Shown: piece by piece, positions 21,701 through 31,141 of the stretch
Numbering within the stretch: the first letter of the stretch is position 1
Layout: the number at the start of each line of letters is the position of its first letter
Assembly: GCA_036003745.1 (NCBI GenBank)
Contig: DASYSD010000019.1
Coordinates: 1,500-65,499 of the forward strand
Origin: Pyrinomonadaceae bacterium
GTDB taxonomy: Bacteria; Acidobacteriota; Blastocatellia; Pyrinomonadales; Pyrinomonadaceae
DNA length: 64,000 nucleotides
Direction: 5' to 3'
The notes under the pieces: model-generated
Told to the model about the DNA's origin: nothing
Databases searched by the model: none
Seen by the model: the letters and a program-made list of their open reading frames with translations, nothing else
Position numbers and translations under genes: made by a program

Positions 21701-24700
21701 AGCACGTTCGAGCCGAAGGACTTCGATCAGTACCGGCTGACTCTGCCCAGCGGTGACACGATGCTCATCGATCAGCAGGGCGGTATCAGGCAGTTGACCG
21801 ATGCAAACAACAATACGCTGACCATCAACAGCAACGGCATCACACATTCCAGCGGCAAGAGCGTAACGTTCACACGCGATTCTCTGGGCCGCATCACGCA
21901 GATCACTGACCCCGCGGGCGTGTCAATGACTTACTCCTACGACGCGCGCGGCGATCTCATCACATTCAAGGACCGGGAGACTAATCAGAGCACCTACACC
22001 TACAACTCCAGCCACGGCTTGCTGACGATCACAGATCCGACTGGCAACCAACCGCTTCGCAATGAGTACGATGAAAACGGCAGGCTGGTGCGGCAGATCG
22101 ATGCGTTTGGCAAGATCATCAACATCAACGTCAACCCTGCACTCAGGCAGGAGGTTGTTACCGATCGCCTTGGCCACTCCACAATCTTCGAGTACAACGC
22201 GCGCGGACAGGTGGTGCGAACCACCGACGCGAACGGCGGTGTTACCACACGCACGTTCGATAGTCGTGACAACTTGATCAGCGAGACCAACGCTGAGGGC
22301 AAAGTCACCACCTACACGTACGACGCGTTGGACAACCGCCTGAGCGAAACCGATCCGCTCGGCAATATCACACGCTTTACTTACAACAGCCGGCGCCAGT
22401 TGCTAACTGTGACTGACGCTCTGGGTCGTGCCACCACTTGTATCTACGACACGAATGGCAACCTGACGTCCGTCCGCGACACGGCCGGTAACACAACGAC
22501 TGCCACTTACAACTCGCGTGGGCAGAAGGTGACGATGACCGATCCGCTCAACCGGACAACAACCTTCGAGTACGACACTGCAGGCAATCTGACGAAACAG
22601 ACAGATCCTTCCGGCAACGTCGTCACCTTTACTTATGACGCGAATAACAATCGCCTTACTGAGACTGTCGTACGTGGCGGTGGTCTGCCAAACCTCACGA
22701 CGACGTACGAATACGATCGCCTCAATCGTCTCGTTAAGACAACGTTCCCGAACGGCACGACCAACCAGAGTGTGCTGGACAGTGCCGGCCGCCGAACTAA
22801 ATACACGGATGCGCTTGGCAACGAGACGGACTACGGCTACGACGCGGTTGGCCAGCTCACCAGCACAACATATGAAGATGGACTGAGGCAGGAGTTTACC
22901 TATGATGCACAGGGTCGCCGCACGAAGGTCATAGACCGCGCCGGACGAGCCACTGACTACACTTACGACGCGCTGGGACGCATTACCAAGACGACCTTCG
23001 CCGATGGAACGTTCACATCGCTCACCTATAGCAACATCGGACAGATTCTTTCGTCCGCCGACGCTTTAGGAAACCTGACTCGATACGAGTACGACGCTGC
23101 CGGACGACAGACAAAAGTTACCGACCGGCTCGGCAACGTCACCACGTTCACCTATGACGGCAACGGCAATCGCACCTCGATGCTTGATGGAAGAGGGCAA
23201 CTCTACCGTTACGAGTACGACGCTTCTAATCACCAGACGAAGATCATTTACCCGAACGGATCAACACAACTCACCGCCTATAACACCGTCGGACAAGTAA
23301 TCTCAAAGACCGATCAGGCGGGCCGTGTCACCCAGTTCGAGTACGAGGCACAACGAGGCAACATCGCAAAGGTGATCGATGCGCTGAATGGGACTACCAC
23401 CTTTACCTACGATCAACTCGGCAACCTGCTTACACAAACGGACGCCAACAATCACACCACCCGTTATGAGTACGACGCGCTGGGCCGGCGCACGAAGCGA
23501 ACGCTGCCTGTTGGTATGTTCGAAACGTTCGCTTACGACAACGCGGGCCGGCTCACGAGCCGCACGGACTTCAGAGGCAAGACGACTACTTACGCCTACG
23601 ACGTGATGAATCGTCTGATGTCGAAGACGCCCGACGCGAGCCTCGCTGAACCAAACATCACCTACACCTACACGGCAACCGGACAGCGCGCTACGATGAC
23701 GGATGCTTCGGGCCAAACGACTTACACCTACGATTCGCAAGATCGTCTGACCAACAAGCAGACTCCACAGGGAACGCTTGTATACACCTACGATGCTGCC
23801 GGCAATGTTCTTACGCTTCGTTCGTCGAATGCAGACGGGGTGTCAGTCGACTACACGTACGATGCACTTGGCCGGCTGGCTTCAGTCAAAGACAACCGTT
23901 CCGCATCGGCGCTGACCACTTACACCTATGACGGCAACGGCAACCTCGCCAGCACCCTACTGCCGAACGGGGTACAGACCAGCTATACGTACGACACGCT
24001 AAATCGTCTGACGCAACTGGGCACGACGAAAGCCGCGGCCACTGTTGCCAACTACTCGTATACGTTGGCGCCAAACGGTCTGCGACTCTCTGTCGCCGAG
24101 CATGGAGGACGTAACGTCAGCTACACCTACGACGCCTTGAACCGTCTGACTTCGGAGGTAGTGACGGGCGATGCGTCAATCAACGGCTCGATCGGTTACA
24201 GCTACGACGCTGTTGGCAATCGACTCACGCGCACTTCGACGATCGCCGGTGTGCCTGCAACGACTGCGACGTACGACGCTAACGATAGGCTTAACTCGGA
24301 CACTTACGATCCGAACGGAAACACGCTGGCCTCAAACGGCTCGAGCTATACCTACGACTTCGAGAACCGTATGACTGGTGCGGCCGGCGGGACAATCACG
24401 ATCGTCTACGACGGCGATGGCAATCGTGTGGCTAAGACATCCGGCGGAGTAACTACACGTTACCTTGTCGACACCAATAACCACACGGGCCACGCGCAGG
24501 TGGCCGAAGAGTTGCGCGCTGGGCAAGTGGTCCGGCAGTACACCTACGGCCACGATCTCATCAGTGAACGGCAACAAATCAGCGGTCAGTGGCAGACGAG
24601 TTACTACGGCTACGACGGCCAGGGTTCGGTCAGGTATCTCACTAACGCCGCCGGCGCCGTGACGGATACTTACACCTACGACGCCTTCGGAAACCTCACC

Positions 24701-25651
24701 GCGCGTGTAGGAACAACTCCGAACGATTACCTGTTCGCCGGAGAGCAGTTCGATCCGGACCTCAACCTCTACTATCTGCGAGCGAGGTATCTAAACCAGA
24801 GCACCGGACGATTTGTCTCGGCTGACACCTTTGAGGGCTTCAACGAAGACCCGCAGTCGTTGCACAAGTACACCTACGCGCACAACGACCCGGTCAACTT
24901 CGCTGATCCGAGTGGCAATTTCGAGTTCAGCATCGCCGGTCTGACGATGAACATCTCGATCCAGTCGATCCTCAGCGGCATCGCGATCGGTGCGCTTCGT
25001 GGAGCGGTCTTCGGAGCGATTATCGGCGCGGCGGATGCGGCGCTTGCCGGTGACGACATCGTCGATGGGTTCATTAACGGATTAGCGATGGGTGCCTTAC
25101 TTGGACCACTCGCGCGTGTGAAGGTTGTTCTACCGATCCTTCAACTCTTCGGTCTCTACACCGGTATCACGAGTGCGGCTGACTCCTTCGCGGAAGGCAA
25201 CTCCGCGCAGGGCGTCTTCCGGGCCGGCCTTGCCGTCTTCACGGGGCTGGCGCTCTTCCGCACGATCTCCGGGCTTTTGCGAGCGCCAGGGTTCGTGCGT
25301 GCGCCGCAGGACATCGGCAGGGAGTCGAATTATCCGAACCCACCGCCAGCCAACGACGGCGCGGGAACGATCGGCACCAATGCGAACCGGACGGCGTCTC
25401 TTGAACGCGACGTAAGGATCGCTCGCTTCCTGCGTGCGACTGACATTCGCGTGAATCAGGAGCAGGTGAATGCACAAGGCACGAGAGTCGGTGTGAATCG
25501 ACCCGATCTGCAGTTCACGCTTTTTGGCAGGTTGAGAGTCTACATTGAATATGACCCGACCAACCCCGTGGGTAATCGTGGGCCGGGACACAATGCCAGA
25601 ACTCTCTCGAACGACCCGGGCGGGCTCAGTATATTGAAGACCCTCGACTAG
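12764..25651 (+). CDS. Giant (~4295 aa) secreted RHS/YD-repeat polymorphic toxin with 13 PKD-like repeats, beta-propeller regions and a variable C-terminal domain
   Basis: AAGGAG lies 6 nt upstream of the ATG at 12764; the track start at 12719 is probably too early. Sec-type signal ending APPAFA. Repeated [27 protein letters not shown]...[10 protein letters not shown] modules. Many YD repeats (Y.YDA.G.L). RHS core ending [23 protein letters not shown]. Confidence 0.95.
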   Translation: MFPTPQRTNTRQPSAFIAPRFIALLLIYVLVMQTLAPPAFAAPKPGFAFSWPDSHNSLLSIFKKPKANKPATAATIPMVQPATEEFGVVLTPLNTSFAGHVGIEHHQPLRKLVVSANNPSGMPNNFESLDADGTHRPHSNVAGLTGGLKIATARDSGTGMSLGGFNPGELFSGTGVPGVIARIAADGATIQNPWVTLDDETGLDGGLFIDRTGVFGGDLIVVTSMGGVWRVTAAGAATRIANLNTPLEGVTTVPNDEANYGPWAGKILAGAKTQNAIYAIDAQGASTSYPISISPQDIQIIPAHENFYGIDPAGSKIWGAPDDAFAGIIGDILIAQGSPGVLLRVSWNGSEFEAGQIAQVSSWKQITFSPAALSQIEGVKQFYDKIAVVRHAPELNSGRVEGALWQLLPENLALDGTDVITSDLLVPGTPTVTIGSGNPTFGGVIPGVENTQPTGYSITISNNAHLRHVITRTNPISLMPILLPPAPSGTRDVSLTEADETIGDPATLRHLSISGKAGAVVVPPGTYGRFAASGHTAFVLGVEGTTVPSVYNLEELSLLGGSELRVVGPVKLTVKTNVTLVGSAVGAPDDPTRLLLQVAQGTVSVSGNAVLYGIIRNPQGMVSIPGTGRIRGTVTCDRLFIDGNGILQIVYSDVAPPPVNRPPTVDAGPDQTITLPTDTVSLNGIATDDGLPVLSTLVTTWTKVSGPGPVTFSNPDNPVTSATFTEPGTYVLRLTANDSLLTVFDEMSVEVIPRNQPPEVNAGPDQTIELPHTATMAGVVTDDGLPRGSTVTRTWSVVNGPGAVTFADVHDLSTVVTFAAPGDYTLRLTANDTEFTVSDDVVITVHPENQPPVVNAGPDQTVRLPAAVTLNGSATDDGWPFGSTLTTSWTKVSGPGAVTFANAASPVTTAQFSIEGTYVLRLTADDSRFTVSDECTITVLPANTPPVVNAGPDQQLTFLQSATLNGTANDDGLPVGSVVEVGWTKVSGPGTVTFGSPENPISQASFSAPGTYVLRLTGTDSQFSAEDEATIVVNPLPHASKVYTLNADFDLGSMINLTHNPAEQLQLDETSHSFKFMWVAVSTKGTVVKINTETGQIIGEYFTSPNGQPRDPSRTTVDHNGNVWNTNRAGNSVVHIGLVENGQCVDRNGNGVIDTSTGFNNIRPWTNAGNADTNGGVSTAQDECILHYTRVNSFGTRHVAVNTDNDIWVSGTSGQRFDLIDGVTGQIKRAELSVGFGGYGGLIDRNGVIWSANPMLRWDTSKPLNGPNGVNWRGYSHPSYGLCIDSLGNVYNTSYGNGTIRKFSPDGTLIGSFNQGSPWSQGCVVDRNDHVWIAHSLNTNTVGHMKSNGVYIGTITVGSGPTGVAVDGDGKIWSTNYNSRTVSRINPALGPIGGDGVTRVGAVEFTTIDLGGNPYNYSDMTGSTLTGAPNTGTWSVVFDSQLAGADWSRIGWTTQVCSDGLITVSLATSTDNVNFSTPVIVSNGADPVVPNGRYARITVRLDRATTGETPILYDLSIGTVGFPLDVPANVAPGVDAGPDQTLDGVTQATLNASVCDDALPSNQKLSMTWSKVSGPGTVTFAKPNLPDTTATFSAIGTYTLRFTASDSVHTTSDTLVVTVLPGNQAPVVNAGADVTVDSCNATLNGTVTDDGKPANGTLLITWNKLNGPGVVTFASPNSASTGVTFSKAGVYVLRLSAGDGALGGSDDVIVTVRASGAPFYYELTNYLSVNNSPFRNLNNTYFHLENFEDHLFNTPGVTTSAGGVTSVVFGPSAHDSVDADDGAIDGTSLAGDGYFSANAAAGIKFTFNAAVLGSLPTHAGLVWTDGAGTVSFEAFDSQGVSMGVRGPFNLPDGSNFGTTAEDTFFGVYNRGGISAIRILNTVGGIEIDHLQYGFEHSDNNAPSVSAGEDQAIYLPDTSVTLNGSGVDDGLPACGGSLTYAWTKVSGPGTVTFAPANAAVTTATFSTPGVYVLRLTGSDSELSNFDEVTVRFNQPNQAPVVNAGPDQTIALNGTANLNGSVTDDGLPINSTVQASWTMVSGPGLVNFDHSASAVTTATFTEAGVYILRLSATDSLLSASDETVITVTPPNGAPVVNAGADLAVTLPGTARLNGSVTDDGLPTGGALTVAWSQVSGPGTTTFANAAASVTTATFSAAGTYVLRLSASDSELTGSNDVTVTVNPAAPNQAPVVEAGANQSVQLNANLVQNGGNDESLVNGEIRAWTEAVGTTWTRAASGANGFPESVNGGFFFYAGETASAELRQDIDVSTFAATIAAGTQAFALKSFVRSGAEATPDTTRVILEYRNAANTTMIARLDSGEVSSTSAWQLIEDTRIVPAGTGWIRIRLIATRRSGTINDAYFDALSFRPVTGSGVKLNGVVTDDGLPAGGALTVTWSKVSGPGTVTFANANAASTSAVFTDAGTYVLRLTADDSAFTNSDELTVTVEAANLAPVVNAGADQTITLPANASLSGSVTDDGKPAGASVTSSWSKVSGPGTVTFADASAASTTATFSLQGTYVLRLTADDTEYISSDTITVTVNPVPPNQAPTVNAGADQVIQPPATSATLVGTVNDDGLPPSSSLTYLWTKVSGPGNVTFSNPTSLTTNATFSEAGAYILRLTANDSALSGSDDVRVTLNGTNKAPVVNAGADQTVAHPTTVNLNGTATDDGLPVDSTLSFSWSKVSGPGTVTFGSSSAFQTTAAFSVAGTYVLRLTATDTALSTSDDLVITQTAPPTANINSPASGSTITGATNFIGTVSDGSTWRLEYSLNEDGVAPVWTTVASGNTPVNNGLLGIFDPTVLLNGIYTVRLVATNSSGQTTTTSVTAVADGEQKVGNFSLSFRDLSVPVAGIPIDIIRTYDSRDKRVGDFGVGWNIDIRNARLQESTVTGTGWATTVSGGFLPSYCVQATRPHIVTITMSNNEVFKFEVALTPQCGQVFPLRETTIGFRALPGTNATLTPVGDATVFINASYPGEADLLDYSTFEPKDFDQYRLTLPSGDTMLIDQQGGIRQLTDANNNTLTINSNGITHSSGKSVTFTRDSLGRITQITDPAGVSMTYSYDARGDLITFKDRETNQSTYTYNSSHGLLTITDPTGNQPLRNEYDENGRLVRQIDAFGKIININVNPALRQEVVTDRLGHSTIFEYNARGQVVRTTDANGGVTTRTFDSRDNLISETNAEGKVTTYTYDALDNRLSETDPLGNITRFTYNSRRQLLTVTDALGRATTCIYDTNGNLTSVRDTAGNTTTATYNSRGQKVTMTDPLNRTTTFEYDTAGNLTKQTDPSGNVVTFTYDANNNRLTETVVRGGGLPNLTTTYEYDRLNRLVKTTFPNGTTNQSVLDSAGRRTKYTDALGNETDYGYDAVGQLTSTTYEDGLRQEFTYDAQGRRTKVIDRAGRATDYTYDALGRITKTTFADGTFTSLTYSNIGQILSSADALGNLTRYEYDAAGRQTKVTDRLGNVTTFTYDGNGNRTSMLDGRGQLYRYEYDASNHQTKIIYPNGSTQLTAYNTVGQVISKTDQAGRVTQFEYEAQRGNIAKVIDALNGTTTFTYDQLGNLLTQTDANNHTTRYEYDALGRRTKRTLPVGMFETFAYDNAGRLTSRTDFRGKTTTYAYDVMNRLMSKTPDASLAEPNITYTYTATGQRATMTDASGQTTYTYDSQDRLTNKQTPQGTLVYTYDAAGNVLTLRSSNADGVSVDYTYDALGRLASVKDNRSASALTTYTYDGNGNLASTLLPNGVQTSYTYDTLNRLTQLGTTKAAATVANYSYTLAPNGLRLSVAEHGGRNVSYTYDALNRLTSEVVTGDASINGSIGYSYDAVGNRLTRTSTIAGVPATTATYDANDRLNSDTYDPNGNTLASNGSSYTYDFENRMTGAAGGTITIVYDGDGNRVAKTSGGVTTRYLVDTNNHTGHAQVAEELRAGQVVRQYTYGHDLISERQQISGQWQTSYYGYDGQGSVRYLTNAAGAVTDTYTYDAFGNLTARVGTTPNDYLFAGEQFDPDLNLYYLRARYLNQSTGRFVSADTFEGFNEDPQSLHKYTYAHNDPVNFADPSGNFEFSIAGLTMNISIQSILSGIAIGALRGAVFGAIIGAADAALAGDDIVDGFINGLAMGALLGPLARVKVVLPILQLFGLYTGITSAADSFAEGNSAQGVFRAGLAVFTGLALFRTISGLLRAPGFVRAPQDIGRESNYPNPPPANDGAGTIGTNANRTASLERDVRIARFLRATDIRVNQEQVNAQGTRVGVNRPDLQFTLFGRLRVYIEYDPTNPVGNRGPGHNARTLSNDPGGLSILKTLD
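14747..15873 (+). repeat. Coding tandem array: PKD-like repeats 1-4 (~95 aa each)
   Basis: Four consecutive units beginning PP.V(D/N)AGPDQ. Confidence 0.85.
17354..17905 (+). repeat. Coding tandem array: PKD-like repeats 5-6
   Basis: Units beginning [11 protein letters not shown] and [11 protein letters not shown]. Confidence 0.8.
18464..20950 (+). repeat. Coding tandem array: PKD-like repeats 7-13. Repeat 10 is interrupted by a ~170-aa inserted domain (about 19364-19879).
   Basis: Units beginning [60 protein letters not shown] and [10 protein letters not shown]. Confidence 0.85.
21260..24915 (+). other. RHS/YD-repeat shell plus RHS repeat-associated core domain of the giant protein
   Basis: Runs from [30 protein letters not shown] through dozens of YD repeats to [10 protein letters not shown]...[19 protein letters not shown]...[11 protein letters not shown]. 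Confidence 0.9.
24916..25651 (+). other. Variable C-terminal (toxin) region: Gly/Ala-rich hydrophobic segment, Pro-rich linker and an ~85-aa terminal module
   Basis: Lies immediately after the DPSGN core boundary. Contains [25 protein letters not shown]...GLAMGALLG, then [11 protein letters not shown], then [12 protein letters not shown]...NRPDLQF...RVYIEYD. Confidence 0.7.
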
Positions 25652-25705
25652 GACGAGGGGGGTCCAGCCCTCTTGGTACTGGCTGGTAGTGCCCCAATTT
25701 CAATT

Positions 25706-25807
25706 TTTCTCTGTGCAATCTCTGTGTTCTCTGTGTCTCTGTGGTTATAGGAATGCACGATACGACAACCACAGAGTCACAGAGAACACAGAGATTGCAC
25801 AGAGAAA
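25706..25807. repeat. Long palindromic element (CTCTGTG sub-repeats)
   Basis: 41-nt arms at 25706-25746 and 25767-25807 with one mismatch, separated by a 20-nt loop. Weaker complementarity extends further outward. Confidence 0.85.
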
Positions 25808-25881
25808 TCCAAAATAGGGCACCACCTACTGGCTCTCTCCCTTGTGACGGCGTCAGAAGTGATGATAGGTTTTGCAATTTA

Positions 25882-26595
25882 ATGAAATATTTGCTCGATA
25901 ACAGACTCGCTCCTTTCACCTTCAACTGGGGCTTTCTCGAAGCCCCGGTTGACGCTGTCAGGAACGCTTATTTGCGATGGCAAAAAAAAATTCTGCAGTC
26001 CGTCAAAGTCACGGACATTGATCTTCCCCTCGCGGACGCGCTCCGGCGTTTGGAGCCTCTCGATACCGGCAGCCAACGGATTCTCTTCTTGAGCACGAAG
26101 GGACGGTGGACCGCCTGTTTCGACAACGGTGCTAAGGGAGGCAATCCCTCAACCTTTGTTGGGGAATTATCTGAACAGATGAAGTGTCGCGGCGTCACCT
26201 GCGGCTGCATACCCAATACCTTAACGAAAAACGACAGGGGGAAACGCGGGACGTGGGGCGCAGTGAAGTTCACACTCTTCGCTCCAGAGCAGCGCGAGTT
26301 TCTTAATATCGAGCGGAGTGTTTCAGTCATTAACGACGTGCGCGGTTGGGATTTCAAAACCGTCGGCAAGGTGCAGGAGTTCGAGCAGGTCGATCGCTAC
26401 GCCGCGCGGCTGATCGCGGATCGCTTCACGTCCGAAATGCTTGAGGACTACTGTCGCGCACTCGGTATCAACCTGTTTGACGATGAGTTCTACGGTGGGC
26501 CTGGATTCATCATTCATTCGTATCCGTGGTTCCTTCCGAAACTGCCAAACGTGAGTCTGGCAGAAGCGCGCAAGGAATTGGGATTGAGCGATTGA
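25882..26595 (+). CDS. Hypothetical cytoplasmic protein (237 aa), candidate immunity protein for the RHS C-terminal domain
   Basis: First ORF downstream of the toxin on the same strand, with no signal peptide. The start is taken at MKYLLDNRL because the track's N-terminal extension (25741) reads through the palindromic element. Confidence 0.6.
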   Translation: MKYLLDNRLAPFTFNWGFLEAPVDAVRNAYLRWQKKILQSVKVTDIDLPLADALRRLEPLDTGSQRILFLSTKGRWTACFDNGAKGGNPSTFVGELSEQMKCRGVTCGCIPNTLTKNDRGKRGTWGAVKFTLFAPEQREFLNIERSVSVINDVRGWDFKTVGKVQEFEQVDRYAARLIADRFTSEMLEDYCRALGINLFDDEFYGGPGFIIHSYPWFLPKLPNVSLAEARKELGLSD

Positions 26596-26628
26596 AGAAC
26601 GCCCTTCCTCCTTTTGGATCCTTAAATT

Positions 26629-27585
26629 ATGAGTCTCACAAGAACAGCGAGAGCTTTAACCCTTGCGGTCGGCGTTACGCTTTTGGTTACTGCCAATGCG
26701 CAAACCAAATCTGATATTGAACAGGACCGCCTGGTCGGCCCGGTTCAGATTGTAAAAACTGAAGTGGCTGAGTTCACGGCTAAAGATGGCAAGAATGTCG
26801 AGGGCCAGCACACACTTGTGCAAACCACAACTTACGACGCGCGTGGAAATCGACTTAAGCGCGTTGACTACAATCGCGACGGCTCAGTGGCGCAAACGCT
26901 CGTTTACACCTACGACGCCGAAGGCCGGCGCATCGGTTACGAAGATTACACGCCCGGCCTCAGCACCTCGCGCAAACACGTTTATCTTCTCGACTCAAAA
27001 GGCAATCGCGTTGAATACAAGATCATTCAACCGACCGGCTCCGAGGCTGACGAAAAGTATCTCTACAAGTACGACGCAAATGGGAATAAGGTAGCGGAAG
27101 AGCTTTACCACAAAACCTCATTGATCAGTCGGAACGAAAACGCTTATGACGCTCAGGGCAGACTCGTCTCCCAAACCATCTACAACCCTGACGGCTCCAT
27201 CTCGTCGCGAATACAAAATGCGATCGCGGCAGACGGCAAACCAACTGAACGTACCAGGTACGATGGTGACCTTCTCACCTACAAAGTGCGATATAGATAT
27301 GACCAAAAAGGCAAGTTAGTAGAGCTGGAAACCACCGGATCATATGTCGAGACAGATTCCGACTCGGAAGGATACATCACCGGCAAAGTGGTCTATGTAT
27401 ATAAAGGTAAGGATCAGCCGAAAGAAACGTTAGTTTTTAATCCGGACGGTTCATTACGCGAAAAGATTGCAGTTGACTACGACTCACGCGGAAACTGGAC
27501 CAGGAGGACGCACCGGGTCCGTTCCGGTCAGACGGGAAAAGAACTCCCGCAGCAAATCGAGTATCGCACGATAACCTACCACTGA
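26629..27585 (+). CDS. Secreted 318-aa protein made of degenerate YD-like repeats
   Basis: Signal peptide ending TANAQ. Repeats include [66 protein letters not shown] and [13 protein letters not shown]. Confidence 0.8.
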   Translation: MSLTRTARALTLAVGVTLLVTANAQTKSDIEQDRLVGPVQIVKTEVAEFTAKDGKNVEGQHTLVQTTTYDARGNRLKRVDYNRDGSVAQTLVYTYDAEGRRIGYEDYTPGLSTSRKHVYLLDSKGNRVEYKIIQPTGSEADEKYLYKYDANGNKVAEELYHKTSLISRNENAYDAQGRLVSQTIYNPDGSISSRIQNAIAADGKPTERTRYDGDLLTYKVRYRYDQKGKLVELETTGSYVETDSDSEGYITGKVVYVYKGKDQPKETLVFNPDGSLREKIAVDYDSRGNWTRRTHRVRSGQTGKELPQQIEYRTITYH

Positions 27586-27588
27586 GCG

Positions 27589-27658
27589 GCCACAAAAAGG
27601 GAACAAAGAGCGCAAATTTCGAGAAGCCAAACTTGTGCTTTTTGTGCTTTTTTGTGGC
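27589..27658. repeat. Imperfect palindromic element (GCACAAAA sub-repeats), a likely terminator
   Basis: GCCACAAAAAGGGAACAAAGAGCGCAAA ... CTTGTGCTTTTTGTGCTTTTTTGTGGC. A half-copy (GCCACAAAAAAGCACAAAAGGCACAAAGGA) is present at 4024-4053. Confidence 0.6.
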
Positions 27659-27682
27659 TTACTATGCCTGAGGAATCGGCAA

Positions 27683-28318
27683 ATGAAATCTACTTTACCC
27701 GATGAGGCGCTCGCGCAAATATTTCTCGAGGCGCGGACTTACAACGGCTGGCTCGATAAGCCAGTCACGGACCAACAGGTTCGGCAACTTTACGATTTGA
27801 TGAAATGGGGCCCAACGAGCGCCAACGGCAGCCCGGCGCGATTCGTTTTCATTCGTTCACCCAGAGTGAAAGAGCGTCTACGACCAACGCTCGCTCCGGG
27901 AAACGTCGACAAAACGATGGCTGCGCCAGTCACGGTGATCGTCGCTTACGATCTGCTTTTTTACGAGAAGTTACCAAAACTATTTCCGCACAAGCCGGCG
28001 ATGCGCAATCTTTACGCTTCTAATCCGCAACTTGTTGAGGAGACGGCAAGACGGAACTCTTCACTTGAGGGGGCGTACATGATTATCGCTGCGCGCGCTC
28101 TCGGACTCGATTGCGGTCCGATGTCTGGCTTTGATAATGCGAAGCTGGATGAAGAGTTCTTTGGCGCTGGCAAGGACTGTGAGGGCTGCGAGCAGGAGTT
28201 CTTCCCTGCCGGCCACGTCAAATCGAATTTTCTGTGTAACATCGGGTATGGGGATGCGTCGACACTCACGCCACGGCTACCGCGGCTGGAGTTCAACGAA
28301 GTCTGCACGATTCTTTGA
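27683..28318 (+). CDS. RutE-like nitroreductase-family protein (malonic semialdehyde reductase family)
   Basis: [33 protein letters not shown] and NIGYGD...LPRLEFNEV closely parallel E. coli RutE. The start is taken at MKSTLPDE because the track start at 27635 lies inside the hairpin repeat. Confidence 0.88.
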   Translation: MKSTLPDEALAQIFLEARTYNGWLDKPVTDQQVRQLYDLMKWGPTSANGSPARFVFIRSPRVKERLRPTLAPGNVDKTMAAPVTVIVAYDLLFYEKLPKLFPHKPAMRNLYASNPQLVEETARRNSSLEGAYMIIAARALGLDCGPMSGFDNAKLDEEFFGAGKDCEGCEQEFFPAGHVKSNFLCNIGYGDASTLTPRLPRLEFNEVCTIL

Positions 28319-28616
28319 TTAAGGGGAGGCTCGGGACGACAGGGCGCCACCGGACGTACTGTTGGGGCGCCAGTGTTACAGACGTGAGAAACCTGAATTA
28401 ATTGCCGCATTAAAAAAACAAAATGATGTCGATTTCGAGGCTGCGCATTCGACGCACAGGTAGAAGGATTTGACAAGATTAACAGGATCGGAGCATCGTA
28501 ACAGGCCAATCTGGTTTGAGTTCGAAAATTTGGGCATTTCTACGAACCTTTAGGCGGCTGGTGCGTACTCACTCTACCGTCCACAGCTCGGCGTTTCGAA
28601 AATAAGGTGACTACTT

Positions 28617-29756
28617 ATGAAATATGCAAAGCTGATCTTTAAGAACATCCTGCGCAACAAGAGACGAACGCTTCTGACTATTTCGAGTCTGGTCGTCTCT
28701 CTTTTCCTGATCATAAGTTTGGCCACCATCCTGACGGAGTTTGACCGCGGCACCGAGGAGTCGAGTCCGGTGCGGCTGGTGACGCGTCATGCGGTCTCTC
28801 TAACGTTCACGCTTCCCATGGCGGACCTGGAAAAGATCAAGGCTGTTCCCGGTGTAAAAGAAGTTACACCCTTCAGTTGGTTTGGCGGCATTTACAAAGA
28901 TGAGAAAAACTTCTTTGCAAACTTCGCTGTCGATCCACGCAAGATGCGGGAAATAATGTCTGAACTTAAGATGTCAGACGCGGAATGGCAGGCTTTTATC
29001 AACGACAGGCAGGGAGCGATTGTAGGGCAGAAGATCGCCAAGCTTCATGGTTTCACGCCCGGACAACGCATCACGTTAAAGAGTCCCATCTATAACGCGA
29101 GCGTCGAGTTCATAATTCGCGGCGTTTGCACCGGCGGAGATGAACGGACACTGTTCTTTCACTATGATTACATGAACGAACTGGTTCCGGAGTGGGCCAA
29201 AGACAAAGTCGGTACGTTCAGCATCCTGGCGAACACGCCTGAAGACGTACCGCGCATAGGCCAAACGGTCGATTCGCAATTTGCAAATACAGATGCACCC
29301 ACAAAAACTGAAAGCGAGCGGGAATTCGCCTTGAGTTTTCAGACCATGATGGGTGGAGTGAAACAATTCCTCTACGCCATCATGGGCGCAATCACGTTTT
29401 CGCTATTGCTGGTTATGGGCAACACGATGGCGATGACTGTCCGTGAACGCACTAAGGAAGTTGGCACCTTGAAGGCAATTGGTTTTCAGCGTGGCACGAT
29501 TGCCGCTCTATTTCTTGGTGAGGCATTGATAGTCGCGTGCATCGGCGCAGCAATTGGAATTGGTGGCGCCGTTTTGATTTTCCGCTCGATAGATCTGAGT
29601 TTCTTCATTCCCTTCGTCCAGTCCTTTATTCCCACTGGCCAGACGTTGGCAGCCGCGTTCGCCTTATCAATTCTCGTCGGCTTTATCAGCGTAATCTATT
29701 CGGCTTATCGTGTCTCAGGTCTGACAATTGCCGAAGCCTTGCGGAGCACTGAATAA
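28617..29756 (+). CDS. ABC transporter permease, FtsX/MacB-type
   Basis: N-terminal TM segment, a large periplasmic loop and a C-terminal FtsX-like 3-TM bundle (KEVGTLKAIGFQRGTI). Confidence 0.9.
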   Translation: MKYAKLIFKNILRNKRRTLLTISSLVVSLFLIISLATILTEFDRGTEESSPVRLVTRHAVSLTFTLPMADLEKIKAVPGVKEVTPFSWFGGIYKDEKNFFANFAVDPRKMREIMSELKMSDAEWQAFINDRQGAIVGQKIAKLHGFTPGQRITLKSPIYNASVEFIIRGVCTGGDERTLFFHYDYMNELVPEWAKDKVGTFSILANTPEDVPRIGQTVDSQFANTDAPTKTESEREFALSFQTMMGGVKQFLYAIMGAITFSLLLVMGNTMAMTVRERTKEVGTLKAIGFQRGTIAALFLGEALIVACIGAAIGIGGAVLIFRSIDLSFFIPFVQSFIPTGQTLAAAFALSILVGFISVIYSAYRVSGLTIAEALRSTE

Positions 29757-29757
29757 A

Positions 29758-30918
29758 ATGGCACTACCACTCAAGTACAACATTCGAAACCTGATTGTCA
29801 GAAAGGGCAGCACTTTTGCTACTGCCTTTACCATTGGTTTGACCGTCGCGGTCTTTTTAATGGTAATGGCGCTGGCCCGGGGTATCGACTTAACACTCTC
29901 AAACAGCGGCGAACCGTTGAATGTGATCGTTCTGCGTGAGGGCAGTACGGCAGAGCTGAACAGCTCACTGACAAAAGAAAATTTTAAGGATCTGATCTTC
30001 CTGGATGGTGTCGAACGCGAAGGCGACCAACCCCTCGCTACCGCGGAACTCATTACCTTGATCTATAAAGCGCGCAAGGGAATGAGCCAGGGTTCAAATG
30101 TTACCGTGCGCGGCGTTGGTCCAGGATCGTTTAAGTTGCATTCGGGATTCAAAACTATCGCCGGCAGGCTTTTCCAGCCAGGCCTGACCGAAGCGGTTGT
30201 TTCAAAGCGAATTGCCGAACGCTTCCAGGGTCTCGATATTGGAGACAAGTTCCGCATTCAAACAACTGACTATACCGTTGTCGGTTTGTTTGACTCTGCC
30301 GGCAAGGCTTTTGAATCGGAAATCTGGGTTGATATCAATTCACTCGCCAGCACCACGAACCGCCCCGACTACACGTCGGTACTGCTGCGCGCGAAAGATC
30401 TGAATGCTTTGACTGCACTTACCAAGCGGATCACAGACGATCCTAAACTACACTTGAAAGCTCAGGCCGAACGTACTTTCTACGAGGATCAACAGGGAGT
30501 CGCTTCCGGCGCGTTGAAGGGATTGGCGGTCTTCATCTCGTTCATCATGGCTGTCGGCGCGGGCTTTGCGGGGATGAACACGATGTATGCCGCGGTGGCG
30601 CGACGAACGAAAGAGATCGGGACATTGCGTGTGCTTGGATTCAGCCGCTTGAGCATCCTCGTCGCGTTTCTTTTAGAGTCGGTCGCGATTGCGTTGATTG
30701 GAGCTGCGATCGGGATCGTGCTCGCGCTGCCTTTGAATTTTGTTTCTACCGGAACGTCAAATTGGGTGACGTTCAGCGAGATCGCTTTCAACTTTAGAGT
30801 CACGTTTGATTTGATGATCTTCGCGTTGATCTTTGGTGGAATCATCGGGTTCGTGGGATCGCTGCTGCCGTCCATACGCGCCTCACGATTCCGGATCGTC
30901 GATGCTTTGCGCGCTTAG
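29758..30918 (+). CDS. ABC transporter permease, FtsX/MacB-type (paralog)
   Basis: ATG at 29758 lies 2 nt after the previous stop. Contains KEIGTLRVLGFSRLSI and has the same topology as the upstream paralog. Confidence 0.9.
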   Translation: MALPLKYNIRNLIVRKGSTFATAFTIGLTVAVFLMVMALARGIDLTLSNSGEPLNVIVLREGSTAELNSSLTKENFKDLIFLDGVEREGDQPLATAELITLIYKARKGMSQGSNVTVRGVGPGSFKLHSGFKTIAGRLFQPGLTEAVVSKRIAERFQGLDIGDKFRIQTTDYTVVGLFDSAGKAFESEIWVDINSLASTTNRPDYTSVLLRAKDLNALTALTKRITDDPKLHLKAQAERTFYEDQQGVASGALKGLAVFISFIMAVGAGFAGMNTMYAAVARRTKEIGTLRVLGFSRLSILVAFLLESVAIALIGAAIGIVLALPLNFVSTGTSNWVTFSEIAFNFRVTFDLMIFALIFGGIIGFVGSLLPSIRASRFRIVDALRA

Positions 30919-30924
30919 CTTAAA

Positions 30925-31125
30925 ACGCCGAAGGCGTTGGCTAATTCCAGCCCAGGGTTGGAGCGGAAGCGACAACCCTGGGTCAGATAGTTAAAAGATC
31001 GGTTCAACCCTGAAAGGGTTCGTTCCGGGGCAAACCCTTTCAGGGTTGATTAAGAATTTAATGGTAAACCCAGGGTTGTCGCTTCGCTCCAACCCTGGGC
31101 TGACATTAGCCAACGCCTTCGGCGT
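30925..31125. repeat. 201-bp nested palindromic element inside the ABC operon
   Basis: The outer ~58-nt arms (ACGCCGAAGGCGTTGGCTAAT..CAGCCCAGGGTTGGAGCG.AAGCGACAACCCTGGGT) are inverted copies with 2 mismatches and 1 indel. Each arm holds its own small palindromes. The central pair is CAACCCTGAAAGGGTT / AACCCTTTCAGGGTTG. Confidence 0.85.
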
Positions 31126-31141
31126 ATTAGATTGTAGAAAA

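Noticed and set aside
12764-25651. T6SS or CDI (two-partner) delivery of the RHS toxin.
   Set aside because: No PAAR, VgrG, Hcp or TpsB/FHA-type TPS domain is visible in the protein or anywhere in the window, and the protein has a classical Sec signal. Delivery is left open rather than assigned.
25741-25881. N-terminal extensions of track ORFs at 25741, 27635, 29728, 31046, 37629, 47365, 50135 and 56878.
   Set aside because: The extensions read through palindromic repeat elements or overlap the preceding gene. Internal ATG codons with good SD sequences give proteins that start at sensible signal peptides or domain boundaries.
27683-28318. Assignment to the Rut pyrimidine-degradation pathway.
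   Set aside because: Similarity to RutE is strong, but no other rut genes are nearby. Only the family is called, not the pathway.
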